From Penicillus capitatus (lineage: Eukaryota; Plantae; Chlorophyta): a DNA stretch of 64,000 bases. The stretch spans positions 743,197 to 807,196 of the forward strand of contig OZ287694.1 of the NCBI GenBank assembly GCA_965649825.1, given 5' to 3'. A program made the translations under genes and the position numbers. The stretch's first letter is position 1. Each line of letters begins with the position of its first letter. Below the pieces are notes generated by a model. That model was not told the DNA's origin. It made no database searches and worked only from the letters and a program-made list of their open reading frames with translations. Shown piece by piece: positions 29,042 through 42,023 of this stretch.

Positions 29042-29497
29042 TCAATCCGTCGATGGAGAGAGTTCTTCTCTAAAGAGATCGTAATGGGTCGTCATTCCTT
29101 TGCGTAGACCAGCAGACAGAAAAGAATGCGTTTGATCAGAATCGTGCATAAGGAGGTATCTGATGCCCTCGCTTTTGCTCTCGGCCATTAGATATTCAAG
29201 GAGGACGTCTTGGAATTCTTTTTCTTGGGCTTTCTCGGAGAGGAGGGTTTGTTGGATCCACCACATCGGCCGATTGCGCCAGTCGCTCCATTCAGAGGTT
29301 ATATAGATACAGGCGATAATGGTTTGGTCTTCGACGGCGACATAATAGCGACAATTTTTGTCGTCTTTCAAGGCGGCCGAAACACCTTTGTGGACAGATG
29401 CGTTGTCCAGCGACTCGTTTGTCATCTGAAGAGTCAATGCCACAATCTGTGCCGTGTCTGTTTCAGTGCCGCTTCGAAAGTTGACCTTGCCAGTCAT
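29042..29497 (-). CDS. GNAT-family N-acetyltransferase, intronless
   Basis: GVSAALKDDKNCRYYVAVEDQTIIACIYITSEWSDWRNRPMWWIQQ matches the TYEWSDWRNG..WWIQSVYV GNAT subfamily motif. Confidence 0.8.
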   Translation of the reverse strand: MTGKVNFRSGTETDTAQIVALTLQMTNESLDNASVHKGVSAALKDDKNCRYYVAVEDQTIIACIYITSEWSDWRNRPMWWIQQTLLSEKAQEKEFQDVLLEYLMAESKSEGIRYLLMHDSDQTHSFLSAGLRKGMTTHYDLFREELSPSTD

Positions 29498-30939
29498 GGT
29501 CGCGTATTCCCGTGAGAAGACACGGAATTTGTTTCCGGAGACAATCTGCGAAAAGACGACCCAGTTTAAATTCTACCATGTATAGAATTTGAGCAAACTG
29601 CCGGTCGTCTGAATATGGTTGAGTTATCGACGGCGTGTCGACGGGCTCTTGTCGGCTTCACGACAGCAGACGTTAAAAAATGGGTCCTACGTAGGGTAAC
29701 CGAAGCCAAGAGGCCAGTCCTTTTCATTTTTCAGATTCACGTTGATGATAATTAGAGAGCACGTATAACTGCTGGCTTAGATGCAGCCCGTGCTTGGCCA
29801 AGAGCGCAGATTTGTGAAATGTTTAGTAATGGTATTCGCAGACTTCATCACCACCCGAATCCATTACTTTAACGGGTATTCTTACAAGCTAAGGAAATGT
29901 ATGAGCCCTGCCTACAGATACCTTTCTGTTTTTTTTTGGTGGAGATGAGTACTCGCGTGAAAATTCATATAGATTTGCATAGGATGCGAGTGCGAACAAA
30001 AAGAATTGAGGAAGAACTACTCGTACAACATTCGACAAGCAAACCCTTGTTTCTTTGGAACACTTAACATATATTTGTCTTTGATTTCATTCGCAAGAAA
30101 AAATGGTTTGTATAATTCAGAATTCTTCTCGAATTGTGCTAATGTTATGTCCGAGATTGGTTTTGCATGCAACTGACGATTTTGACTAAAAATGATTGCT
30201 ATTACGATAAGACTTATGTAAAAGACGGGGAAATGTGATAAATCGATTCGCATTGATATTTCTTCGACTTGCATACTCGTTCTTTTATTTTTCCCTCATG
30301 CTACTAGCAACGGGATGTGACTAGATGTTAAGGTGCCGGATTGACTTCTTTGAGTCAATCATAAGACGATTCGAACAAAGCGGAGCAAATCAACGGACGA
30401 TGATATTTATACACATACCGGATTACTGAATTGAGACATTGGGCGCTTGACCGAGAACCTTTTTCCTGTAATCCGCGATCCTTGTTGAGTCGGTCTGGGC
30501 GTCAGAGCGGGTCGCTCCGTCATGGGCCCGAGACGGCGTATGACATTAGAATTTATTTTCATTTCTTCAACCGAGAAGAAAGAAACAAGATCTGTACCGA
30601 AGTAAGACAGACCACGTTAGAGTGCGATGCCCTCGATTTTCACGGAATTTCGAGGATTAATCATCCACTTATAGAATGACACATCACCAATCAAGTACAC
30701 TAGAACTATAAGTCCAGTTGCATGGAAAACGCAGGGGATTTAGGGGTCGGGACATTTAATGAAGCACGGAAAAAAATGGGTTGTGGAGAGCGCCCGTCGA
30801 AGAAAACCAGACATACAAACACTGTCAGAGATGCAGATGTCGCGTCGCTCGACGCAGCCATGTCGAGCGGTTGGAGCGACGCGTAACCATCCTGGCGCGC
30901 CGACCATCGGTCGCGACGGGTGTTCGCCTCCAACCTGTC

Positions 30940-31570
30940 TCGCCAATAACTGTCGGACGATGGTTGCCGAGCGTGGGCTGAAGTTCTCAGCCGTTAGACG
31001 TGAGGTTAGGAGAATCTCAACCATCCTGAGTACTTAATGTCGACGGTCTCCTGTCATTTAACTCGTGTTGTCCGCATAGCTGCCGAGTGCGCTGTTCGCG
31101 TCGTCGGAGTCAAATAGTTGCGCGAATATTTTGCTCGATCCCGACAAGCACATAACAACAGCATAAGAAAAGGAGGGGAGTAACGACATTATCACAGAAG
31201 CGCCGAAGAGAACTCAATGCCATCCTCTGGCATGCAATCGTACTCAAAAAGCAGTAATGACAGTTTCTTACACCATCTTACTTTAACGACGATGGCGAAC
31301 AAAGAAAAGAACGGGTATTTTTGGCAAGTATGGTGCAAACATCCTCCACGACACCGATGATAATTAGCTCAGTATCATCGAATGCGTGTTCTACTTTTTT
31401 CAAAGTAAAGGTCAACAGCGAGGGAAAGGACATGGAAATTGGATCAAATGTTGTAGTGCTTACTCGCCTAGGGCAAGATGGCGAGCGTCCCCCGCGATAC
31501 AGAGGCGTCGCGGAGGTGGTCTCGGAAATCGCCCCTTCCGTACAAAAGTTGCATCGATCCTTCTTATTTG
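30940..31570 (+). mobile_element. Possible decayed Ty3/Gypsy integrase remnant
   Basis: Ordered frame-broken motifs: MVAERGLKFSA (like IVSDRG.QF), ELNAILWACNRT (like L..VLWAYRTT), and IGSNVVV...PPRYRGVAEVVSEIAPSVQKL (like the post-integrase SH3 segment GD.V...PRY.GP). Confidence 0.4.
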
Positions 31571-31989
31571 CGAGGAAGTCGATGCACAAATGGTGTTTCT
31601 CCTGCCGGCTACCGGTGCATACCTAGGCGCTTCTGGACGAAGCATCGACCGAGCACAAGTTTCGGCCTCTAAATGCGGGGGAGTTAACCGTTCTGCATTA
31701 TCTACTTTTATTGATGATCAATTACTCGTGTACCGGGCGTTTCCTCCTCGAGAAAGGTCTAAGAGAAACCGATCGCCGATGAAAAACATGTTCAGAAAAC
31801 CGATAGTGTCTCTTTCGTCGTGCTAATTGTCGAAAAATCTCTCTAGCAAACATGCAAAAGTTATTGTTGAAAGGAATGTAATGGCAGAGAATCAACGTTA
31901 CGATAGTTACTTCGCGTAATGTCCGATTCCGTTATGTGCTTTTATTTACTTGTCTTTAACACTTAAAAGATGTTAGCTCTGAGCAAGTG

Positions 31990-32560
31990 CGTTGAAACCG
32001 CGCGATACACATTTTACGTGGCGTCTCACATGAAAATAGTGATCGTCGCGATAACAACTTGTTTTCCACGATGTCTGCTAAATGGTTGTAAGCAAAACAA
32101 TTGTCGCAGTCTGTCGCAACTCGCTGCGACAGTTAGATTGCTCTACTTTCAGTATGTCGTTTCAACTTGATTGCAACCCGCTTTTCGACAAAAAATTATC
32201 GCTATTGCATATCATATTACCAAAAAGTACTTGAACATTCAACTATGACTTTGTCTCCATTAACCTTGCTTGCCCGGAGAAGAATGTTGATTAAGGCTAG
32301 TATAATTACACATCACATAGGACGAATATAGGTTGCGTTTGGCTTAAAGACTGCGAATTAGAGCTTTTCTGGCTTTGTATGGACCTCGCAAATCAGGTGA
32401 CTTTCACAAACCATGTACGTCAAACAACCCTCAACGAAATCATGGTTCGAGAAGGCTTCGTTAAGGAATCTGCCAACTGCGAGTCCAAACTCCAAGAGAA
32501 ATATCACAAAAGAAAATCGCTAGTATTTAAGATCATATGAGACGCGACATTGTCAGGTAT
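31990..32560 (+). mobile_element. Possible decayed hAT-like transposase relic
   Basis: Stop-interrupted frame with AIHIL (like CxxHIL) followed by KQLSQSVATRCDS*IALL (like L.QDV.TRWNS.Y.ML). Confidence 0.3.
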
Positions 32561-34568
32561 TGTCCGTCGGGCACGTAACACTCGTAAATCCAGTCTGCGT
32601 GCTTTAGGTCCTATGCGTGCAATCAAGAATGGTGCGAAGCACTTATACAAATCTACGAAAGATGCTTAACGATTCCCGCTTCTTCGCGTTCTTTTGTGTT
32701 CCATTCTTTGTACTTGTCTTTGTTACTACATCTTACAGCCGTCGAAGTTGCTACGTACTTAGAAGAACTCGAACTAAATAAGACACTTTAAAAAATCACG
32801 AGAATGGACGAGTTACTCAAATGTTGCGACTGAATGCTCTCTCTCTTTAACACGAACGTTGTTTTGGTTAAGTATACAACTGCACAAGAGCGAGCCATTA
32901 GTAAATATCGGATTGATACAAGCCACAACCTCATATCGAAGATGAAGATGGACTTTCTAGTCCCAGTAACTCCGTAGTACCATGTCGTTTAGTGTGGAAT
33001 GTCTGGTCACCACCAGTAAAGCTAAATGTTGGTCACACACTCAATACTGCCGACCAAATATCGCTTCCATAGTCTTTGGTACGATCAAATACCGCCGTGC
33101 GTAAGGACGACATTGCTTTCATCTAACATCCTACTGTTAAGACCAGTCAAGGAATCCGTAAGCAGCAACGGGACAGTGAAACACAATCGCGCAATGAGGC
33201 GCAGCGCCTTAAGGCAAACATGCTAAGGCTTTACTGTAACGATTTCTTTTTCGCCAAGTTGTATGCGTTACAAGAAACAGTCGTAAGAGCGAAGCTGATC
33301 ATGGCGTCCGACATCGGTGCTGATGGAACTTTGGAAACGGACACGATAAACGTATTGTTATTCATTGCATTTACCTTCGACAGTGCTCACAGTTTTCCTC
33401 GCGGAGCGCTCTTGAAACTCGCACTTTATCTCTTTCCTCCGAGGAGCTACTGCGTACATTGAGCAAACAAACGTGTTTTCACACTTCAACCTGTGTTGAT
33501 AAACATCTCCCAATAGTGCTTGAGCATTCGACAAAAATCATGCGTTCTTCGCCAACCGGCAACAACCGCTCATCAACTTTCCATCGAATTCCATCGGAAA
33601 TGTCGAAGTGTGGATGGATGCATCTCTCTCCCCGAGAGTCATAGCACTAAAGTGGAACGGAGGCCATCCAGGGCAATTAATTCTCTTTCTACAAGACGCG
33701 AGGGCGACACAACATGTCACGGCGAGCAAAAGTCATACAGTTTAAAAAATACGGTTTGATGAAGAAAGGCCCACATTCCATTCTCCATCCATTCCTTCGC
33801 CATCAAAATCTGCTGACAACCTCTTGCGTTCTAACAGCTACAACTTGCCACCTTTGCGTGACGCTTCTATGAACGGCGTTTCGTCAGAAACATCATCTCT
33901 GTGCATTTTCCTCGCCTCCAACGCGATCTTAGATGATCGATGATCCATACAATGCAATAGGAACGTTGTTCGAAGTTCGAGCCGCCTCATCGAGCTCTGT
34001 CAATCAAGCAACCGTCGTTTTCTGCCGGACGCGGGTCAACAAACTGCCAATCAGAAAAAACAAACCGCCTGCCTTCGATGGTCTCCGGCCTTCGCGGCTG
34101 TTAATCATCAGATGGACCTCTACATCTTCTATCGGACACTTGAGTTGATTGTTCAATAACCGTAGCTTGTAAAGAATCGTTCTATTACTAACCGTCTTAC
34201 TAATGGAGAGGAACCGTCTAGGAAGGAGAGCTTTGCGCTATGCACAAGAACTCCGCGATCGTTGTTGGCCCATTCTCAATCCAATTGTATAAACGTGCGT
34301 TGTCTCAACCATGTCTTAACATCCTATCCATACCTACGTTGTTTAAAAGGTCAGAGAATTCCACTTTATGAGTATACACATAAGGAATCCGTCACCACGA
34401 TCTCTCATCGAAAAAATTCGAGATTCATAACTAATAGTTAATCGGGTAATAGTCAAACGGAGGGTTGGGCGGATCGTCAGTGAATGGGCGGGTGGGGGTC
34501 ACTACACAGTTTTGTCAGCCTTATTCGCACAAGCCCTGACAGAGTGAATGGGTAACAAAAACAGTAGC

Positions 34569-37204
34569 TCAGTGACCACATTGCAGCGAGGGAATAACAG
34601 AAAGAAGAACAACTAGAGGAAAAACGCAGAGAAGCAAAATGGCGGAAAAAAGAGAGATCCAAGGAAGAAATGCTTCAATACGCTCATCGATAAATCGCGG
34701 AACGAGTACAATACTGAGCCCCATGCCGCAGAGAAACCCACCAATGTGTGAGAGGTGGGACGCTTCCTGATGGCTAGTCAGGGCAATAATAAACGCAGAT
34801 AGAAACGTACAGATGCCAATGAGGCGTAGACAAGGAAAACTCACATGTCTGAAATCGCCGATCACGTCCATGATATAAAATGCAGCTAAACCAAAGACGC
34901 AGCCACTGGCTCCGAGAACCAGTCCACAGGCATCTTCCAAAGCTGCGCTAATGAAGTTGCCAGAAATACCAGATAGCCAGCATATCACCCCAGTCCTGAA
35001 AAATCCGTACTTTGACTCGAGGGACCAGGAGAGGATAACAAAAAGAAACAGATTTCCACCGAGATGTGCGAAATTCTCGTGGACGAGCATTGAAAACAAC
35101 CACCTCCACGATTCAGTTGTTACCAATGGTAAATACCTAGACACACACATCGAGCAATCGATCCTATCGCAGGTGATGGTCATTACCTGGCTCCCCATGC
35201 AATGAGGAACCCGTCATCAAATGTTCTCCATTTTTCAGCTCTGAATAGCCATGTCGCAAGTTCAACTGGTCCAAATTCGTAATCGATCTTCTCGCCTTCC
35301 CTTTCCCTCCAGAGAGGATATTCACCAGCCATGAATCCGAAGAAAAGGATGAGGACCAAAGGAAAGAGCACAGTAAACAGCATAGGCTTTTTGGTATATT
35401 TAGGAGGAGAAAGGGCTTCGAAGACCCACTGTCCAACGAGGAACATACTGGTCCTCACCATATCGACACCGTTCTCAAATCTCTGAGCTCTGTACTTATC
35501 AATGGCGTTCAACAAACGCGTTTTATTAGTCGAACGACGATGCTTCTTCTGCATACTGGACAACGGATGCACCATGTGATCCCATGCCCTCGCCAATCTT
35601 CCCTTATGCTGTCTCTTGATGAACTACACGCACAGAAAGGATCTTCCAAGGGAGAGGCCGTGCGTTGTTAGCATCGACCTTATAGAGGCGTGCTTGAAAT
35701 CCGGATAATTCACTTTCGTCCATTTCAGATAAGCCAAAGGGCAGCTTCAGTCGACCGTTCTTGGTGTTGACACCCAGTGCGTGCATGATGTCTCCAAAGA
35801 TCTCGACAGATCTCCGACTCTTCTTCCGATGCGATCGCTCGACGGCGATATTTTGGCTGCGAGGTAGATGCCCTGGCGGCGGCTTCATCATTCCCACGGT
35901 GGGCTGGCCAGGAACACGTGACGGTCGTTTGCGGTGATGGGTCTCGAGAACGCTGCCAAACTCGTCTGTCGGATCATCGACATCCAGCGTGGTTCGACGA
36001 CGCGATCGGGTGATCTTCGGCGTAAACGTTGAGCAGTTTTCCGGCAGACTTGGCAGCGTCCCTCGCAAACCGGTAACACTTGAAGCCGTCGAATTCAACG
36101 ACCAGTCGTGAAGCGGTTTGTGATTCGGAGGTCTTTCCAGACGATTGGACTTGTACATCTTCTCCAGCCACTGTCGGTGGTACTTAAACGGGTACTGTAC
36201 AAAAACGAGACTCAGATAATGCAGCAGTAACTGAATCCAGGTCAGAGGCTCCGGTTTCTTGGATTTCTGCGATGCAATCTTTGCAACAATTTTCTTCGAG
36301 CTATCTTTACGCAGAGGAGGAACCTGTTCAAACCATGTACTCATCGCAGAACACGAGGCAAAGAACGACTTGCTTTTTTCTTGGAAGGCCGATCGATGGT
36401 AACGACATGCTCATCGGTTTCTTCCGACGATGACGCTCCCACGACCTCTGTCGCCTTTGCTTTCGTCGTTTTCCGTGGGCCCTCGAGATGCTTTGCACTG
36501 TCTTCAATGATGGCATCGCCTCTTACACTGTCCTGTCTTGCAGATGACGATCCTGCGCTCTGATGCTGCGTTAGCTCTTCAAGATTCAATCGCAGAGAGT
36601 TATCTCTCCTCAGAGAGGAAGAACGACCGGTCTCCTCTGGACGGGACGTCGGAACATGTGTCCTCGTCCTTCTTATTGACGTCTTGGGCGCATCCATTTC
36701 CATGTCCAGAAGTTCTTCAAATCTCGTTTCTGCTGACATGGTGCGCGCGACACCTGGATGATTTGGAGCAAAGGGAATGTCTAAAGGGGTGGCGGCCCTT
36801 CCGCTTCTTATGGAGAGCGTCGGTTTCAGAACACGTTCCGAAGGCATCTTCCTCAGAGACCGTTGTGAGGAATCGATGCGTTTGCTGGAGTCCAACAGAA
36901 TGTCATCTCCAAATTCCTCCGAGAAAAGACGGGAGAGATTTCGCCTGGAACGTCTCTCTGGCAGAGGTGGAGTCGACTCCTCAGAAGAGTGTGCTGGAAC
37001 GGTTCTTGTTCGTCTCACTGAGCTTCGAGGCGCACCACGTTCCACCTCTCCTTCGTCATTTCGAGCTCGAGGCGGACGTTTTATGGCAACACGTTTCTTC
37101 GAGTGACGCACGAATGCATCGTCTTCGTCTCTCTCTGTACCTTCTTCTCGCTTTTCTTTTAAAGACACATGACTCGCTAAGGAATCCCGCGACGATTGTG
37201 CCAT
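34569..37204 (-). CDS. Rhomboid intramembrane serine protease with a very long N-terminal extension
   Basis: WRWLFSMLVHENFAHLGGN, LGASGCVFGL (catalytic Ser) and SHLSHIGGFLCG (catalytic His). Upstream exons are joined through introns 36324-36373 (GC-AG) and a 55-nt GT-AG intron near 35.6 kb. Confidence 0.88.
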
Positions 37205-37348
37205 GGTAAGCGTGAGAAGGCGATAAGGCGAAAAGAAAGGCGCTACCGTTACAGTGAAAGAAACAGAATGGAAGACGCGGATTGACCGCGGAGATAGGCA
37301 ACACAGAGAGAAGCTAAGACGGTTAGACCTTGATAACGACTTAGGTCG

Positions 37349-37969
37349 ATGGTTTTGTGCTGTTTCAAGACAGATCTGTTACGCCTTCGAAGGACATCCG
37401 GCGGCGAATGGACCACGCGGCCATGCTCGCGTCGAGGTTTTGCGAGATGGCATTGCTGCATAGGGGTCGACGGCGAAAATCTTCCACCCAAGAGCTGGGA
37501 GGAAGGAGAAAATGCGCCCGAGCCAGAAAAGGAAAAGAGAACCCATCCGCTGAAAGGCAAAAGAAAATCGATACTGCATCGGTTGAGGATGTCCCAGGCA
37601 CACACAGGAAAGAGACACAGTCCAGAGACCCGTGAAAAAATCCGCCAGTCCATGCTGAAATTCCGCCGTTCCCAAAAACAACCGCCACAGCAACAGCGCG
37701 AGCCATCACCACGGGAAATCTCCTCTGCCCTAGAACCTCCTTCCGAAGTCAGGAAGCGCCGCAACCGTGTTGTGAACGACTTTGTCATGGAGAAGGCAGT
37801 ACTGGAGATGTCTCAGCTCAGAAAAGAAGTCGCCGTCTGGTTGGATGGATGGTATGCCCACCACGAGCACAAGCCATCCCTCGATGACGTTGCTCAGTTC
37901 TCTCCAGAAATCCATAACAAGTTCTTACGATACATTGCACTCCAAGAATTTATTCGATCCAACAGCTAG
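37349..37969 (+). CDS. NUMOD3-motif protein, intronless
   Basis: KGKRKSILHRLRMSQAHTGKRHSPETREKIRQSM contains NUMOD3-type G..HS.ET..KI motifs; N-terminus resembles a transit peptide. Confidence 0.75.
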   Translation: MVLCCFKTDLLRLRRTSGGEWTTRPCSRRGFARWHCCIGVDGENLPPKSWEEGENAPEPEKEKRTHPLKGKRKSILHRLRMSQAHTGKRHSPETREKIRQSMLKFRRSQKQPPQQQREPSPREISSALEPPSEVRKRRNRVVNDFVMEKAVLEMSQLRKEVAVWLDGWYAHHEHKPSLDDVAQFSPEIHNKFLRYIALQEFIRSNS

Positions 37970-38117
37970 TCCATGTTTTCCATGGAGAAGATCCCCACAA
38001 GCGTGGTCCATGGTCAACGAAGTTTGTGAGTGATGATGTGGATTTAAAGCAAGTAAAAGGGAGAAGTGGCAAATGCATGTCATGAATAAATCGTCATGGC
38101 CATCGAGAGAGAGATCT

Positions 38118-41100
38118 TTAAGAGGACGAGGATGATCCTGAAGCCTCTCCAATGTACACACGGCTTCGCTGCTCCTGATCTAATCTCATTTGTTGTTTTC
38201 TCATGGCCTTAATTCGCTCACAATCTGGTACGGTACATGGTCTATTGCAGAAATGTGCATGCCGTCGCAAAATCATTCCATAGACACGACAGGCTCGACA
38301 CGAACTGGCCCCAACCTAAAACGCCATCCGTCGTTGGTGTGTGGCTAAGGGAGGGAGGACGGTACTTACTCTGCAGTTTTGTGCATGTTTGAGTAGCTCT
38401 TTCATTTTCCGGCAATCAGGCATGCATGGATCCGTGCGGCAGTAGGCGGCATGTTCGAAGTTTTCTGTCACTCTCTTGATCTGCATCTGGCTGTTCGTGG
38501 AGGGCCCACCAAAAGGAACAGACGGCGCCGCATGTGTGCGTGCGCCATATACTGCCGCGTTGGATCGACATGTACGACAAAACTCCGGCGTCTGCTGGTC
38601 ACGTTTTTCTGAATGGACTGCTGTTGGAATCTCTATGCCACATCCTCTGCAAATGGTTGGAAAGACAGGAGCCTTGGTGTTGTGCAGGTGATAGAGCAAC
38701 ATCATTGTACTGTGCTTCGCATGCTGCAGCGTATCAAACTGATAGTGATTTCCTTTGCAGAACGCCAGAAACGCCTGACGGCTTTCAAAGATCTCGCTGA
38801 ATCGATGATCTTCTGCATTGTCGAAATCTCCGACCTCCGAAGGACTGGGCGCGACGTACTCTCGCTCCAGATCCGAAAAATTAACCGATTCCGGAATGGG
38901 ACCGCCTTCTCCGATCGCTGCACATGTTTGATAACATGTATCACAAATCTGAAAGAACTGTGTGTTGGAGTGTGCAGCACCAGGTCTTCCCAATTTGATG
39001 CCTTCAAAATGCGCTCTCTTTTTCACAGGCTCTGTCTGCTTGTTGCCATTCGCATGATCAAAGTGATAAACAAATTTGTTTCCGTTCGTAATGTACGTCT
39101 GGCACAGGCTGCATGGCTCCTGAAGATGCCAGACCATGAAATCCGACCATCTTGGGAACGGTAAACTAAGCATGAGTCCATTCTCTAGCGACTCATTCAA
39201 TGACATCTCGCCCCTCGTCTTCCGTTTCTCTCCAGGTTTTCGACAGTAATCCACACCTTTGCTCGATCGCAATGCCTTGAGAATCTTTTCTGCTTCTCCT
39301 GGCCAATAGTCTCCTTCGAAATAGGGCATCTCAGCAGCGCTAAATGGCCGACCCACTGCCCGATCCATGCCACACGTAAAGAACGTGTCCATCAGATTGG
39401 AATCGTGTGTCACTATTTTGCGATCTTTTGCCATCTTTAACAAATCTCTGTACCAGATCCGCAATCGATCGGCCGAAGGAATACGTTGTGTCTTGGGCTT
39501 GCAATGGAGGATATAGTCTTCTCCCTCTTTGCCAGGAGGGCAGGCCCAAATATAGAACACCTCGAATCCCCGTCTCTTCACAAACTCAACATACGCCAAG
39601 AGCGTTTCTTTGTACACGACGGATCGCAGGGAATCGCCTCTGACAGTTTTCATATCTGGAATAAAGTGCTTGACAGAATCAATGTACTCCAGATTTACCC
39701 AACGCTGATTGGGCTTCTCACAGTCATCTCCATACTCTTGGACATACATGCAGAAGAGAAGGACATCCACACCATGGATTTTTTGAAATACGCCGATCAC
39801 TCTTTGGTGATAGGGATACTCGGTTGGCAGTTCTGGAAACGATGCCGCCATGACCGGTTGGACTTTCGTAACTTTTTTGGTTGACATAAGGACACAGACC
39901 GTCAGCGGCAGACACTCCGTTGCTGAAAGCCTTAGTCTTGTCATCTCTTCCTGGACTTGATCATTAAGCTTGGACTGGATGAAATCGGACAAGGCGCAAC
40001 GTGGCAGTTCACTGGCTCCCCACATGGAAACGGGCTTTGTCGCTGGTTTCACTCTGTGGCCCAATTCCATCTCCTCTTTCAAACAGAAAGGACACATGTA
40101 CTTCGCATCTTCATTATTCTCGCCTCGGTTAAACAGACCACAGGAGGAATGGACCCAATAGCCACACTTATCACAGGCGACCCACGTCTCGGTCACACAT
40201 TCATCATTCTTGCATGGATGGAAAAAGATCAGTGGCACATTCATCTGACCGACGGTTAATGATCCATCTTTCTTAGACGAAAAACACTTGTGACATGCAC
40301 AAATCTGCAACGTCGTCGCTTCCGGCTTGGTCTTCCAATACATTCCCCCTCTTTTGATTCGAGCAAAGCAACAGTCACAGTAAAGCTGAATGGGCTGAAA
40401 TGTCTGCTCTCCTTGCAGACAGACAGCACAGATCTTATCTTTCATCACCGACTCCGGTTTGTTGGGAAACGCATCGCAGCATCGCACCGCCTTCAAATAC
40501 GATTCGATTTCTTTTGGATCAAAAGTCTCAAAGAGCGACGTGCCCAGCTGAAAAGCAGCTGCCTGATCTCTATGCCGTGGTGGATCCATCGGAACAGGCG
40601 GATTCGTTGCCGGTAGATGCGGAACGGGATCGACAGGAAAATTGGCAGGTAGCTCGATGAAGTAGTTGTTCGTGACAGGCGTCGTCGGGTGCGGATATAA
40701 CAGACCATCCGTTTCCGCTTCTCCCGAAAACTCTCCTTTCGGCGGCCGATCCACAGGAAAAGGATCCAGGCCTGGTGCAAAATGGCTCTTTCGGATCGGA
40801 CCCGGTCGTACACTCTGTTCCGGAGGAAACAGAGACGTGCCCATGACTTCACTCATCTCGCGTTTCACTCGTGGATTTGGAACACTGTGGATGCTGCATT
40901 GAATGTCATTGATCATCTGTTTCAGATGCGAACAGGGAAGGCAATTCGGCACCGAACAGTTTCGGAAATGCGCCAAGCCTTTCTTCACAGCATAGCACCT
41001 ACACGATCAGCCCTCTCAGGGAGATGCTGCATCGATCGTTTGCTCGTCACACTTGTCATTGGTGCATCGTTCCTTGAGATTGCAATGCACAATGTGTCGC

Positions 41101-41523
41101 CACAGTTCCTTAACGCGCGCACACGATTCGCCCATGCAGCAGCCGTCGGTCTTGCAATGCAGACAGTGTGCCATCAGCAATGCACAGATTTTCTGTCGAG
41201 GCCATTGTCCGTTTCAGTGTCGCCCAATCGATCATGGACAGGCAACGCACTTGAATGGAGTTTCGCTGCAGTGATGAAGAGATGGTTCTCTCCATTCCTC
41301 TGATCGGTGCATCCTGTACGCGTATGCCCGTTCTGGAGAGATAGCTTTGCTGCTGCTGCTGCTGCTGCTGTGACTCTCCTCCGTTTGGAAAGGGCAGATA
41401 AGCACTCTCGCTGCGCGGCTCATACTCCATACGGGCATTGGACCGCACTTGTTTCGAAGGAGGGACAGTGATCGACGTCGGCACTGTTCTCACAGGTACC
41501 ACCATGGTCGGCATACCTGTCAT
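38118..41523 (-). CDS. HAC: CBP/p300-type histone acetyltransferase (HAC family): TAZ1, PHD, KAT11 HAT, ZZ-like, TAZ2
   Basis: TWVACDKCGYWVHSSCGLFN, LFCMYVQEYG, YIDSVKHF, FYIWACPP..EDYILHC, MPYFEGDYWPG, FCKGNHYQFDTLQHAKHSTMMLLYHLHN, and TAZ His/Cys motifs at both ends. The start codon is uncertain (frame open to 41910). A polyQ tract lies at ~41348-41370. Confidence 0.93.
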
Positions 41524-42023
41524 GCCTCCTTCTAATCCAGAGTACGGTAGAAATCTTGGAGATATCCGATCTGGATACCCTGCACGTACATACGCTTTGT
41601 ATTCATAGAAGACGGCTGGTCTGGAACAACAGACCTCTGTAGCGAGCGTCGACAAAGCTCGGCGTGGGTTGCAGGAACTCGTTATCATATCGTGGGAATT
41701 CGCGTTGGCCGCGCAGCAGTGGCGAATGGGCCGTTGGCAGTGGCGCCTCGGGTGAAGGAGCATATGGAAACAAATGCGTCGCGGTTCCACTGCAACTGCG
41801 TCGCGGGACGCGCATCTCGGTCCCTCTGCGTTTCGGAAACATCGTGGATATCCCGGTGACGCAAAAACGCACGAAGCCGTTTTTACGCAAACGTCTGACG
41901 CCTCACTCACTGCGTAACGTCGAGGCGATGTTCGTTTTGAGAGTTCGCAAGCACAGCTAAGATTTCGTTGATGAAAAGACAGCTCTGGGAGATGCTGCCA
42001 TTCGACCGTCTCCCTCCACCGCC

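Noticed and set aside
29600-34500. Endogenous giant-virus or organellar DNA insertion
   Set aside because: No NCLDV hallmark genes, rRNA/tRNA or plastid/mitochondrial gene fragments were recognisable; only weak TE-like motifs.
36324-36373. Overlapping ATGA stop/start suggesting translational coupling or frameshifting in the rhomboid gene
   Set aside because: A 50-nt GC-AG intron (AAA|gcaagt...aacag|GTT) joins the two frames conventionally.
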